From a virus: a stretch of 64,000 bases of DNA. The notes beneath the pieces were generated by a model that saw only the letters and a program-made list of their open reading frames with translations, was not told the DNA's origin and searched no databases. This document shows positions 8,578 through 18,621 of the stretch, one piece after another; position 1 is the stretch's first letter, and each line of letters starts with the position of its first letter. The DNA lies in the IMG/VR virus record IMGVR_UViG_3300010234_000004, positions 1-64,000 of that record; one strand, given 5' to 3'. The translations under genes and the position numbers were made by a program.

Positions 8578-8585
8578 TATAAGTA
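8578..8585 (+). promoter_or_regulatory. T4-type late promoter variant TATAAGTA
   Basis: Intergenic; same octamer as before the baseplate genes. Confidence 0.6.
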
Positions 8586-8621
8586 GTAGTAAGAAAGAAA
8601 CTCCGACGGTGTGGATGGCAT

Positions 8622-8849
8622 ATGGATGACGAACAAAGACTTTCCGCGCTCGAATCGAAGTATGCGGCCCTTGATGTAAGGTTAAGAGGCTTGGAAACAA
8701 ATGATGCGGTCGATCATGAGCGGCAAAAACAGGTTTTACGCGATTTATCTGAGGTTAAATCAACATTAACATGGCTAAACCGTCTTATGATTGGTGGTAT
8801 AGTCTTGGGTATAATTACATTCATAGTTAAAGGTGGCCTAGTAATATGA
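8622..8849 (+). CDS. Coiled coil plus C-terminal TM protein (XhlA/holin-like)
   Basis: Heptad-rich N-terminus and a single TM helix. Confidence 0.55.
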   Translation: MDDEQRLSALESKYAALDVRLRGLETNDAVDHERQKQVLRDLSEVKSTLTWLNRLMIGGIVLGIITFIVKGGLVI

Positions 8850-9304
8850 CAATTGCTTACAAAGGACATAGAATAATCTGTCTGACGATGACACTCATAT
8901 ATAAATGCCTATTGATCTTCTTGGTCTGTGCCGCGTTTTTCATTAATGGCCAAGAGATAGAAAAGCGTTTCTTCCCAGTAGTAACCGACTCTGAAATTAT
9001 TCGTTCTGAAACTGTATCAGCTACCTCAGTCGATGCGTGGTTTGTGTTTGAGAAGAAAAGAAACTGTACATTCGTCGACCTCGACTTCTACACAATCGAT
9101 CCGGTAAACGGTAGACACCATAGAGTGTTATATGAATTCCTATCCGACAAAGGTCTCCCGCCAGCTAGTCGTCCAGTTGGTAAACAATTCGGGGGGGCTT
9201 GGCGCATCGAAATCAGTCCGGAAGCTTTCACTGGTGAGATATTGGCAATTGTTCACCATCGGTGTCACCCTTTTTGGGTAACCGAATCTCAATTCTTCCC
9301 TTGA
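8846..9304 (+). CDS. Membrane-anchored hypothetical protein
   Basis: N-terminal TM; conserved-looking Cys pair (RNC...HRC). Confidence 0.6.
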   Translation: MTIAYKGHRIICLTMTLIYKCLLIFLVCAAFFINGQEIEKRFFPVVTDSEIIRSETVSATSVDAWFVFEKKRNCTFVDLDFYTIDPVNGRHHRVLYEFLSDKGLPPASRPVGKQFGGAWRIEISPEAFTGEILAIVHHRCHPFWVTESQFFP

Positions 9305-10038
9305 TCTAACCACTCTATAATCGTCACACCAATGGTAATCATGCCTTTACGGCTTGGATGGCACTCACCAATTTCTGGTGCAATTTCCTCGTAGTCCACC
9401 GATTCGAGACTCTTTCCATTTAGCTTTGGCATGAATGGCCACCCCAAAATGTTAATGGTTTCGTCACGTTCGTTTACCTTTGTAATCGGAAGGAATTTAG
9501 GATGCCTCTGCAACATATATGAGACCTCTCCTCTAGTGGCCTTTGGTTCATAAAGAGAGAACATGACCAACTCTTTACCCATCTCTTGACATAACCTAAC
9601 CAATTGGAAGATGCTATCCAAATTATGATTGAACACGAACGATTTTTGTAGGCTTTCTGGACGCGTATTCGCCAACACGTTAAATATACTAATTTCATCG
9701 GGTGTGCCTTCCCACCCATCTCTGTGGTGTCTAGTCGGCCATATGCCCGGGTTGTGAGTGAGGCCTAGCGTTGGAACGTAGTAACGGGTCCACCCTGTCA
9801 GTTCGATCATAACCAATTCGTAATGGTTTGGATTCGTTAATAGCTCTGTCATAGCATATGAGGTTATCCGATCATTACTGGTCCCGCTCACGCTGACATT
9901 TTTTGTAATGCGCCAGTCATAATGCTCGGCCACGTAATCGTACCACATCGGATAGTCATATCGCCACTCGCGTTTGATGGTGCTTACAAAGTGGGGATCG
10001 GAAAAGCTGCAACCCGATACTAGAACCCGTTTAGTCAT
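9289..10038 (-). CDS. SGNH-hydrolase-like protein
   Basis: GCSFS, G.SNDRI and C-terminal HP motifs. Confidence 0.55.
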   Translation of the reverse strand: MTKRVLVSGCSFSDPHFVSTIKREWRYDYPMWYDYVAEHYDWRITKNVSVSGTSNDRITSYAMTELLTNPNHYELVMIELTGWTRYYVPTLGLTHNPGIWPTRHHRDGWEGTPDEISIFNVLANTRPESLQKSFVFNHNLDSIFQLVRLCQEMGKELVMFSLYEPKATRGEVSYMLQRHPKFLPITKVNERDETINILGWPFMPKLNGKSLESVDYEEIAPEIGECHPSRKGMITIGVTIIEWLDQGKN

Positions 10039-10399
10039 CTTGGCAATATTTCATGCAGACAAGAGGGACTCTATCTGAATCATCCCATGAGTCATACAAC
10101 TCATTGAACCACTTCCCATCCATTATCTCAGGTAGAGATCGGTTATCCAGATTGTTGTCCTCTAGCTGGTCCAGATACGAATTCATTACTACTTCGTCTC
10201 TGGCACGAAAATCGTATGCCATGGTTTCAGCATTGTAGACTTCAAATTCGCTTTTTCCCTTGCGTTTTGGATCGGGGAACTTCTGAAGCAGGGATATTCT
10301 ATTAGCAAAATAGCAACACGGAAGCACCTGACCGTCGGGGTTAACAACGTATCTAGATTTCTTCATCCACTCGCACGTGATGTTACATTTGTTAACCAT
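10031..10399 (-). CDS. Stand-alone SPASM/twitch-like Fe-S domain protein
   Basis: C..., PDGQVLPCCYFAN, CMKYC; matches the C-terminus of 2990-4081. Confidence 0.8.
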   Translation of the reverse strand: MVNKCNITCEWMKKSRYVVNPDGQVLPCCYFANRISLLQKFPDPKRKGKSEFEVYNAETMAYDFRARDEVVMNSYLDQLEDNNLDNRSLPEIMDGKWFNELYDSWDDSDRVPLVCMKYCQDD

Positions 10400-11144
10400 T
10401 CATAATCTCCCGCATTTCGTTAATGCTCTCATGGTTGAGTTTCCACGTATCGAAAATTTTATGGTCGTCATCCAGTGTAGTCTTCATGAGGCTTTTCACT
10501 TCATAAAATTTCGACCGGAATCGGGTTTCAGTCCTGTCACCCTCAAAACGATTGGACGGTACGATGATCATATGTGTCATACCGGCATTATAAGCCTTCT
10601 CAGCGATGTTTGGGATAAATGCTTGGTTGTGTTCGAATATGATGGTAAACGCGCACGTGGTGGCCCCTATAGACGCTGCACGGGCATTCTCCAATACCTT
10701 GGCCAGATTAGTCTTCTGGCGATACATTTCATGTGTAGCCTGATTGTGACCGTCCAATGCGAATACTACAGTTAACCGACGCTTACAAATCACCTGTAAT
10801 TCGGTCCACCAATCTACAGATCGTAATGAGCCATTTGTATTAATATGAATTTTGGCGGTGGAATTCTCGATGATGTATTCACATATCTCTAACAGGTCGT
10901 GGTTCATTAGAGGGTCACCCCACGTTCCACAAAACTCAAAAGCCTTGTGCATTCGCAATGTATCAACGGGATAACGCCTTTTGAACTCGTTAATTGTCCA
11001 TACATACTCATCCAGAAAATCAGCAGTGACCAACCCATCCGGATTGGTCCTGTGACATTGTGGACATGCTGCATTGCATTTGGTAGATAGATCGACCCAG
11101 CCTATTAAGCATCTGTCGGCGATCATCTCTTTATAATTCATCAT
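10392..11144 (-). CDS. Radical SAM protein (core domain only)
   Basis: CNAACPQC, WGDP, NTNGS, FALDG. Confidence 0.9.
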   Translation of the reverse strand: MMNYKEMIADRCLIGWVDLSTKCNAACPQCHRTNPDGLVTADFLDEYVWTINEFKRRYPVDTLRMHKAFEFCGTWGDPLMNHDLLEICEYIIENSTAKIHINTNGSLRSVDWWTELQVICKRRLTVVFALDGHNQATHEMYRQKTNLAKVLENARAASIGATTCAFTIIFEHNQAFIPNIAEKAYNAGMTHMIIVPSNRFEGDRTETRFRSKFYEVKSLMKTTLDDDHKIFDTWKLNHESINEMREIMNG

Positions 11145-11404
11145 TAAAACGGTGTATACTCAGTCATTTCGATCATTCGGTCGATTCGAAATGAGCGCCA
11201 CCCTTTGGCTTCCAAATCCCAACACGCGATCACATCGTCGTTTGTCCGTTTGGACGTTTTACCGACTTTCGTTAGATCATCCTGATCGGGAAGATATGAA
11301 TCCATTAGCGTGCATTTCATTTCACGGATCGTGCCGTCGGCCTTTTCGAATTTGACCGTCTGTACACTGTTGCGAAGCGTTTCATTAATTGCAGATTTCT
11401 TCAT
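11144..11404 (-). CDS. WYL-like/SH3-fold phage protein (DUF2693-like)
   Basis: FEKADGTIREM.CTL and WDLEAKGWRSFR. Confidence 0.75.
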   Translation of the reverse strand: MKKSAINETLRNSVQTVKFEKADGTIREMKCTLMDSYLPDQDDLTKVGKTSKRTNDDVIACWDLEAKGWRSFRIDRMIEMTEYTPF

Positions 11405-11994
11405 TATGTATTCTCCATTGATATGAATTGACGATCAAGCATAAACACCTCAATGAACTGACCGCATTTGTTGTCGGATGTAGCTGACCAATATTCGTCC
11501 ATTAGATGGACTTCATTTATCCACCGCTGTTTAATATTGTTACCATATTGATGTAGTGCTGAATGTTTGGCGTTATCATGTGATGAATCAAACCCCACGA
11601 ATATGTTTGGGATGAAATCTCTGTACTCTGATCTATATGGTGGAGAATTCATATACCACACATCAGTCGTGCGTCCACGCGCAAGCTGTTTAGCTATTCG
11701 GTGAACTTTCTGGTGAACATGGTGATAATCTTCCTTCCAATGGGTGACCATCAGGTCATAACCATCAATGTCGATTGCAGCGATCACCTCACGTTCGGGA
11801 CAACTACGCGTAATGTTCAACGGAATGTAATTATATCCCAATAAATCTGCTGCCTGCGACATGGGTAAAAGATTAACGGGAGCATCCAATAAAATCAAAT
11901 CGACCTGATAACCTTTATCAGTCCATCTCTTCACAGTGCCACCCATTGCCAATTCAAGATCGTCGGCGTGGGCAGCGAATACCAAAATTTTCAT
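11404..11994 (-). CDS. PIG-L/LmbE family de-N-acetylase
   Basis: AHADD.E..MGG and THW..D.H..H motifs. Confidence 0.85.
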   Translation of the reverse strand: MKILVFAAHADDLELAMGGTVKRWTDKGYQVDLILLDAPVNLLPMSQAADLLGYNYIPLNITRSCPEREVIAAIDIDGYDLMVTHWKEDYHHVHQKVHRIAKQLARGRTTDVWYMNSPPYRSEYRDFIPNIFVGFDSSHDNAKHSALHQYGNNIKQRWINEVHLMDEYWSATSDNKCGQFIEVFMLDRQFISMENT

Positions 11995-12188
11995 TTTGGT
12001 GTGAATGTCCCGTTCTTAATCAATTTAATGAATTTGGCCATGTTGCCGTCACCCCCGCCGCCGAATTTCTCTTTAGCGCGGTCGTACACATGACGCTGTT
12101 TTACAGTCAAGTCTTTGTACTCGTATTCGCCTTCGTTTTTACGAAGCCAATCGGATATCTTCTCATACTCTTTAGCACTTAGTTTCAT
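11991..12188 (-). CDS. Hypothetical protein
   Basis: AAGGA SD and an upstream promoter. Confidence 0.7.
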   Translation of the reverse strand: MKLSAKEYEKISDWLRKNEGEYEYKDLTVKQRHVYDRAKEKFGGGGDGNMAKFIKLIKNGTFTPK

Positions 12189-12217
12189 TTTATTTCCTTC
12201 TATTCATCATCGTGTTT

Positions 12218-12246
12218 ATAGTATCATACCAAAAGGCCTAAGTCAA
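12218..12246 (-). promoter_or_regulatory. Sigma70-type promoter
   Basis: TTGACT-17 nt-TACTAT with extended TG on the minus strand. Confidence 0.7.
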
Positions 12247-14897
12247 CCCTTCATCAAGGATTTAGCCTTTTCCCTAACATCATGGTGGATACTACCCATA
12301 TAGACGGCAGTGACATAGATTGACGTGGTTTGATCGGATGTCTCCCAAGGGTCTTTAGCGTTACGTTCAATGATCTTGAATGTGGACCCAGGGGGGAGAA
12401 TCAACTCACGTTCGCCGTGATGCAGTGGTGAATATTTATTGGTTAATAGTGGAACTACAGGCGTTCCCTTTGGCAGGTAAAATCTGAATCGGATTTGAGA
12501 AGCGAAATCGATACTGGCTTTGATTGACGTACTCATAAATCCACCATCCCAATACAACTCGCCCGGAACCAAATTTTCCCTGAATTGCATTTTCGAAACA
12601 CCTAACGGGGGGTTATATGGTGCATCTGTTCCGCGATATACCCACATATTTTCTGGTGTAGTCGGAAGGTCTTCGAAACATTGTAGCAGATTTTGGCATT
12701 TCGATACAGGCATGTAAATATCATCGTTTGCAGCACTAGGGCTTAGGTGATTAATATCATTATCATCAACGGGTGAGTATTCGAGTTTCTTTGGATCAGC
12801 TTCGGCCACCTTATCATAAATTGATCTTAGAGCGTTGTTAACATCACCAGAACTACTCGAATATTTGTGAATAGCGTTCTTTTGAGAAGCCGACAATTTT
12901 TCCATAGCAGACCCGAAATAGTCCATTAAAAATTTTTCAACCTTAGTATCGTTTTCGTACCAATTATCCTGATGCCACTGGCGTCTGTGGGTCTTACCTG
13001 GAATGGCTATAGGACCAAAGGGGTCGTCATTAATGGTGTCGTGTAAAGCTTCGGCTGTTACGGAAGTCGACTTGAGAATTGTATGCCCAGACAAAAGGTC
13101 GGTTGAGGCTGAAGAAGAAATATTAGCCTCAGTATCAATACCGTCCAGCTTTTTGGCGTTATCAGAATTCAACCATTCTTTCATTTTTTTGAGAGGCTCT
13201 GCGTTCTGTTTCATTAAACTGTCAATGTTTGTGTATGATGCAATAGCTTTCATTACCTCGCGCCATGCGTCAAGATCAGACAAATCCGTCGATAGACCGA
13301 CATGATCCAACGTAGCCATTTTACTGAATGACAATTTATCCACGACATACTTCAGGTTTGATTTGTTGAACATGGATTCATCATAACCATGTTTCAACAA
13401 ATTTATAACCATGCCATTGAATGAAAGCGTTTGCATTATGGCTGCGATCTTCTGAGGCATGGTCGCGGGCTTTTTAATCCATGCCAAGGTGTCCTCTTCT
13501 TCGTCACTAGCACCATTAGGTGAAGCAAGCTCCTTAGACTTTGCATCGCCAAGTTGACGAACTTTCCTGATCTTAACAATACCAGAGCCAATAACGCCTT
13601 CGATTGTATCATTATCGCCTTTAACTTTAGGAATGAAAGTGCCATCATTAACATCTAGTTTAAAATCATAATAAAGTGATGCGAGACTGCGGTGTTTAAT
13701 TTTGTTGATATCACCGTTCTTTTTGAACATTCCAACCTCTTTCATCAGAACAACGTCCATTTTAGTGGCTTTAAAAACCTTATCCAAAAAAAGTTTACTG
13801 ACGGATACTGCTGCTGCTTCCTTCCTCCCAGTAACATGATCATTTGGGCTGAGTTCCATAAGGTCGTCGATTTCCTCACGTATAGCATTAAATATGGGTA
13901 GCGCCATCCATACCGCAAAATCATCAAACGTTTTATGACCCAACATCAAGCTTTTAATAGAAAGAGATGTCTTCGAATTGAAATCGTCTTTCGAGTGGTC
14001 GGAAAAAGTAGATTCGGACGTTTTAGCTTGGTCAGCTTTATCAACAAGGTCTTTAGCCTTCTCTACTTCTTTCATTTTTTCTTCATCGTGGTTGAGCGTG
14101 ACCGTATCTTTGGTATTAACGCCACCGATAACGTCTACGATATCATCGTTCGTCAACTGAACTTTCAACCCAGAGATCGCGTATTTCTTAGATGGCGTGA
14201 CTGACTTAACAGGTTTTACTACTACTTTCGGTTTCAGTTCAGCCAAGGTTTCATACGGAAGAGGATTCTTCGTGGTCAGACCTTTTGATAGATCGAAATC
14301 ATAACCCAACGTTTTGAAGTTCTTCGCCTTGAATATGGTAGCGGGAACCACGACCTTTTTGGCTATGAAAAGATAACGTTGCGTCTTACCATAAAAAACG
14401 CCCTTCTCGCCTGCCTTATTCTTCTTGGTTTCAACGTCAGGCTGCTTTACGGGAACGATCTTCATAGACTTCATGTAGGACTTTTTGATCATCTTGGTGG
14501 CGATGCGCTCAGACACCTCCATCATTTTTGTGTTAGCCATACGGAAACGAACGGCGATGCCCTTCAGCTTCGGTCCCAACAACTGCATAGACGTTTCAAC
14601 GAACTTTACCAGAGTGGACAACACTGGACGCAAATCTGACGGGGAATGGAACTTCCAATAATAAGACTTCCCGCCGCCCTTCGGTGTCCTCCCAACGTCC
14701 AAAATGTACATTCCTGCTGTTTTCGATTGTACTAGAGATATGACATACATGCTGTTTTCATCACCATCAATTGAGAAAGCCGCGTGCACTTGCATGGGCA
14801 ATTTGGTGTCATCAGTCATGTAAAATTCTTGAGGTGAATTGAGCGATTCAGTTAAGGAATGATCGTCTATAAAGCTTCTGAAATCCATTGTTTCCAT
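12243..14897 (-). CDS. alt: Alt-like NAD:protein ADP-ribosyltransferase (884 aa)
   Basis: C-terminal R-S-E ART motifs: Y...VN.ALR, VYRG, FMSTS, ERELILP; preceded by a late promoter. Confidence 0.8.
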   Translation of the reverse strand: METMDFRSFIDDHSLTESLNSPQEFYMTDDTKLPMQVHAAFSIDGDENSMYVISLVQSKTAGMYILDVGRTPKGGGKSYYWKFHSPSDLRPVLSTLVKFVETSMQLLGPKLKGIAVRFRMANTKMMEVSERIATKMIKKSYMKSMKIVPVKQPDVETKKNKAGEKGVFYGKTQRYLFIAKKVVVPATIFKAKNFKTLGYDFDLSKGLTTKNPLPYETLAELKPKVVVKPVKSVTPSKKYAISGLKVQLTNDDIVDVIGGVNTKDTVTLNHDEEKMKEVEKAKDLVDKADQAKTSESTFSDHSKDDFNSKTSLSIKSLMLGHKTFDDFAVWMALPIFNAIREEIDDLMELSPNDHVTGRKEAAAVSVSKLFLDKVFKATKMDVVLMKEVGMFKKNGDINKIKHRSLASLYYDFKLDVNDGTFIPKVKGDNDTIEGVIGSGIVKIRKVRQLGDAKSKELASPNGASDEEEDTLAWIKKPATMPQKIAAIMQTLSFNGMVINLLKHGYDESMFNKSNLKYVVDKLSFSKMATLDHVGLSTDLSDLDAWREVMKAIASYTNIDSLMKQNAEPLKKMKEWLNSDNAKKLDGIDTEANISSSASTDLLSGHTILKSTSVTAEALHDTINDDPFGPIAIPGKTHRRQWHQDNWYENDTKVEKFLMDYFGSAMEKLSASQKNAIHKYSSSSGDVNNALRSIYDKVAEADPKKLEYSPVDDNDINHLSPSAANDDIYMPVSKCQNLLQCFEDLPTTPENMWVYRGTDAPYNPPLGVSKMQFRENLVPGELYWDGGFMSTSIKASIDFASQIRFRFYLPKGTPVVPLLTNKYSPLHHGERELILPPGSTFKIIERNAKDPWETSDQTTSIYVTAVYMGSIHHDVREKAKSLMKG

Positions 14898-14919
14898 CCG
14901 ATAAAAGTTCTATTACTAC

Positions 14920-14927
14920 TATTTATA
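14920..14927 (-). promoter_or_regulatory. T4 late promoter TATAAATA
   Basis: Exact consensus just upstream of the alt-like start. Confidence 0.75.
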
Positions 14928-15654
14928 CCTTTAGAGAACCCACCATAATTGTTGCTGAATAGTGAATCGGACACTTCCAAGTTTCAATTATGTAACGATC
15001 TTCCAACCTCAATGCCAACTCATTGAACCACCGCAAATTGTCGACCCCATCGAATGATCGATTGAACACGAACATAAAGCTTTCGTGGTTCAGATTTTCT
15101 ATAACCTTTTCGCGATCAGCCAAAGGCATTTCGTTTAAACTGAATGTCGCAAGCATCAGGCTGAGATGAAGGGTGGACGAAAACTCTTCATTCAGCGTGC
15201 GGAAGGTGGTGTTAACGTGACCAACTGTTGTACTCTTGATATACTCCGACTGGAATTCCCGAAATTCTGGAAAGTCGACCACAAGGTAATCTCCCTCGAA
15301 TCCGATATCCTCTAAAAGTTTCGGTAACAGGGCATATCCTGCACCGATTTCGCATATCTCTTTAATCTGGTTAGTCGGAGCTATTTTCATATCGATGAGG
15401 TGAATGTAATAAAGATATTGGAGCGTGGATAGGGAAAAACCCCCGATGCCAATCGTAGGTTTGGCGTATGGGTTATCCATAGTGCCTTCAAGCATATGGG
15501 GGGCGTTCTCTCTCAGATAATCGAGATATTTCATTGCTAATGATCCGTGCGATGGATGCATTGTACGCTTGATCATTGGCTGTTGCAGCCAACTATCGGG
15601 ATTGTCTCTATACTCACGGACAATCTCCCGCTTCATACTATCCCACTGTGTCAT
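14923..15654 (-). CDS. Putative sugar O-methyltransferase
   Basis: EIGAGY SAM motif, VDFPE....Q and ATFSLNEM. Confidence 0.7.
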   Translation of the reverse strand: MTQWDSMKREIVREYRDNPDSWLQQPMIKRTMHPSHGSLAMKYLDYLRENAPHMLEGTMDNPYAKPTIGIGGFSLSTLQYLYYIHLIDMKIAPTNQIKEICEIGAGYALLPKLLEDIGFEGDYLVVDFPEFREFQSEYIKSTTVGHVNTTFRTLNEEFSSTLHLSLMLATFSLNEMPLADREKVIENLNHESFMFVFNRSFDGVDNLRWFNELALRLEDRYIIETWKCPIHYSATIMVGSLKV

Positions 15655-16246
15655 TAATTTCTTCCTTAAGGAATATAATATCGTGTTGCATGGTAACCCC
15701 CTTTTTGACGTGATCCTTCACTACTGTGTGATGCTTGAAACCCGCCTCAGAGAAGAATTCCATATACTCATCACGACTTGGTGCACCGACGTTGTATACC
15801 CTACCATATGCCGGAACCTCGCAATGCACATATTTGGTATGTTCTAATATCTCATCACAGCCGCTTAGGATATCCAACTCAGACCCCTGTGTGTCGATCT
15901 TGATCATATCGGGAAGCGGAATATTACCACTTTCAACGAACGAGCTAAGCTTCTGCGTGGTGACGAACAGGGTATCATATCTTGTGGAATCGGTGTATGC
16001 GCCAGTATCATCAATCTCTTTGTAGTAACTATCCCCCGTACCGTTCCTGTAATAGAACGGCACAGCTTTACCCTCACCTAAAACGACATTGAACCATTTA
16101 TGATCCAACAGATCATGTGGCAGGCTACGTTTGGAGTTCGCTTCAAACATGAAGCTCTTGGCTTCTGGATTCCGCTTCAGGAAATTTCTTGTGAAATCAC
16201 CATCAAATGCGCCAATATCATACAACACTTTTATATCATCGATCAT
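15638..16246 (-). CDS. FkbM-family methyltransferase
   Basis: DIGA..G, FEAN and IKIDTQGSELDIL.G. Confidence 0.9.
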   Translation of the reverse strand: MIDDIKVLYDIGAFDGDFTRNFLKRNPEAKSFMFEANSKRSLPHDLLDHKWFNVVLGEGKAVPFYYRNGTGDSYYKEIDDTGAYTDSTRYDTLFVTTQKLSSFVESGNIPLPDMIKIDTQGSELDILSGCDEILEHTKYVHCEVPAYGRVYNVGAPSRDEYMEFFSEAGFKHHTVVKDHVKKGVTMQHDIIFLKEEINDTVG

Positions 16247-16433
16247 GATTTATCCAGAGAATTCCATCAGACACAATTGGATATTTGTAAACGCTCATCC
16301 CAAAATCGTCCAGCACGGTAACATGATCATCTTTGATAACGATCCTATACCCAATTTTCGGCATCCTCTCTGCCATCATTGCCTCCAGACGATTAATAGC
16401 CTCGTCCACTGTTATAATATGTTCCACTGTCAT
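16236..16433 (-). CDS. Hypothetical protein
   Basis: GAGGA SD; fills operon. Confidence 0.6.
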   Translation of the reverse strand: MTVEHIITVDEAINRLEAMMAERMPKIGYRIVIKDDHVTVLDDFGMSVYKYPIVSDGILWINHDR

Positions 16434-16593
16434 CCTCGATAGCTATTAAAATTGCATTCTTCACATGGAAAATCTCGACACGATTTGTCATATTCCGATG
16501 AATGAAATTGCAACAATCCTCTGTTATGTCCTTATCATGTATGTATAAGCTAGGAGTACGTATACTTTTTTTAACCGATTTCAGGGTAATCAT
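16393..16593 (-). CDS. Hypothetical protein
   Basis: ATGA overlap with upstream gene. Confidence 0.55.
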   Translation of the reverse strand: MITLKSVKKSIRTPSLYIHDKDITEDCCNFIHRNMTNRVEIFHVKNAILIAIEDDSGTYYNSGRGY

Positions 16594-17480
16594 GATTTAG
16601 TCGATCCTTCCGTAAATCCGTGACCCCACTCATCCACAGGACGGTTAACAAATTTGTAATGCATATCAGCATCGTAGTTATCCGCACTGCGAAACTGGAC
16701 GTGAACGAATTTACTATCAGGTGTGCGGCTGTCGTAAATCTTAGGCTTATCGTAGGTGTCCTGCGTCAGCAGCGTATTCCAACCATTTGAAATTTCCTGT
16801 ACCTTCATGCCCTTAGAAAACATCATTGCGTGCAGGTAATTCTGATCAAGGGGGTAGACACCGCGTAAACCATTCATACTACAGGCCGTAACATAGTCAG
16901 AAAACGGTATAAACGCTCTCTTAGCGGCTTTCAGGCCTGCTTTGGAGTAGAGGACCATTCCGCTGTTATACACCTTTAAACGGCCTCTATCGTCGCGTGG
17001 AAGCGTGCCTCCCCACGAATTCATGACCATGCGTGCGAAAGCTTCTTCGGTGCTTTGTGTGACCTGTGTAACTACGCTTTTATCATAACGAATTGCAGGC
17101 TGAAGGGGTTCCGTACAGATACCTATGTCGGCCCCTCCTTCATAGAACTCATCAAATACGGATGCGGTCAAACCATCAACTGCAAATACGTCGGTGTCAG
17201 CAAACATCACTGCGTCATACTTTTCTACGATAGCGTCATCATAGACTGGCTTGAATGCACCGAAATGAGGTCGAACGCCGTGACTCTTTGCAAAGTTTAC
17301 ATTAGTCTCGAACACGTAATCCGCACCGATCCGCTCAGCATACGCTTTCATATTCTCAACGCCAGCCAAAGCGGAAGGACGAACCTCACCGTCCCAATAT
17401 TGGTAAATGAGATTCTTATTCCTTTTCACGACCGGAGATTTCTTGGCTCGCTTAGTTTTAGTCGGCTTCTTTCCACTCAT
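16590..17480 (-). CDS. GT-A fold glycosyltransferase-like protein (GT8/GT34-like)
   Basis: YAERIGADY, DTD (DxD), YNSGM, DQNYL, WN and FVH. Confidence 0.75.
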   Translation of the reverse strand: MSGKKPTKTKRAKKSPVVKRNKNLIYQYWDGEVRPSALAGVENMKAYAERIGADYVFETNVNFAKSHGVRPHFGAFKPVYDDAIVEKYDAVMFADTDVFAVDGLTASVFDEFYEGGADIGICTEPLQPAIRYDKSVVTQVTQSTEEAFARMVMNSWGGTLPRDDRGRLKVYNSGMVLYSKAGLKAAKRAFIPFSDYVTACSMNGLRGVYPLDQNYLHAMMFSKGMKVQEISNGWNTLLTQDTYDKPKIYDSRTPDSKFVHVQFRSADNYDADMHYKFVNRPVDEWGHGFTEGSTKS

Positions 17481-17686
17481 TTTTTAATCTCCTGTAGAAA
17501 GGCGTCGTAATCATCTGTAGTGCTATAGTAACGCAGCACTCGCAAAAGTGCTGACAGATCGGCACTTTTGTTGTCTATAGTTTCATGTGGATCGTTATCT
17601 TTGAGCATATCGCCTATCTGAATCTTCAGGCTCTCTGTGATAATTTCTTCCTCTTGATTACAGTTAATCTCGATCTTGATACTCAT
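17477..17686 (-). CDS. Hypothetical protein
   Basis: Coupled to both neighbours. Confidence 0.6.
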   Translation of the reverse strand: MSIKIEINCNQEEEIITESLKIQIGDMLKDNDPHETIDNKSADLSALLRVLRYYSTTDDYDAFLQEIKK

Positions 17687-18351
17687 TATACAATTCCTTT
17701 CGCTGATAACAGCATATAGTTCTCAATCTTTGGATATTTTGGGCCACCCTGCACTCGCTTTGGACGAATATGCACGATGTAAGAATCCTCAACATCAGGC
17801 TCAAACGAACTCTTGTTCCACTTATCCTTTTCCAGATAGGTTGAATCGTTAATCGGCATTCTAGCACGAACTGCCAGACGATGCAAGATGCCTTCGTCTT
17901 CATAATTGCCATCGAACTGTGAAAATTCATGCACCTCCAAATGACTGCGTAACAACTTTCGCGTTTCGCGGTCAAACTTGTAGATTGATCCTCCCCAATA
18001 CGGATATTTCGGATCGCCTAGTAGAGGAAAGCGGCGCTGTAAGTTTTCAACCAGCTTATCCTGAATTCCCCAATGCCGACCCATACCAGATTCGTTGAAA
18101 ATGTTCTTATTCAAATTCGTGCGGGTGAACATGTCAGCATCCATCATGACAACGTTGTCATACTCATCGAACTGATCAGAAAGCATTACTACTTTTTGGC
18201 ACGGCGATGATAGACGGGGATAAAAACAATCCCCTGTCATTAGACGATAATCGGCCCCACAGAATTCGGCATATTCTTTGATGTTATCAATCGACATTTG
18301 CGTTAGGCTATCAATAGGCCCAGACCAGTGTTGCAAGATGATATTCTTCAT
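17686..18351 (-). CDS. Glycosyltransferase-like protein
   Basis: YAEFCGADY, K, DAD (DxD), DEG and IVH. Confidence 0.65.
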   Translation of the reverse strand: MKNIILQHWSGPIDSLTQMSIDNIKEYAEFCGADYRLMTGDCFYPRLSSPCQKVVMLSDQFDEYDNVVMMDADMFTRTNLNKNIFNESGMGRHWGIQDKLVENLQRRFPLLGDPKYPYWGGSIYKFDRETRKLLRSHLEVHEFSQFDGNYEDEGILHRLAVRARMPINDSTYLEKDKWNKSSFEPDVEDSYIVHIRPKRVQGGPKYPKIENYMLLSAKGIV

Positions 18352-18620
18352 TAGTAAACATCCACTTCATCGAGTGTTTCATAAATTTCACTAGACAAGT
18401 CGCCCAACCTTGGGTCATCATTCACAATCGGTCGGCGCTTCTCAATCTCATATCGCAGAATCTTAATGTGCATCAAAAACTTTTCGGGTGACATTCCACT
18501 TTTGAAAGGCGATGGGTTCTTAACGATGCCGGGAGCCATGCACGACCGCCAAAGGAAGTCGCACATTTCGATAGCCTCTGCCATTGCCAAATATTCGGCT
18601 GTTGGTTCAAGGGAACTCAT
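18351..18620 (-). CDS. Hypothetical protein
   Basis: Fills operon; GAGG SD. Confidence 0.6.
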   Translation of the reverse strand: MSSLEPTAEYLAMAEAIEMCDFLWRSCMAPGIVKNPSPFKSGMSPEKFLMHIKILRYEIEKRRPIVNDDPRLGDLSSEIYETLDEVDVY

Positions 18621-18621
18621 T

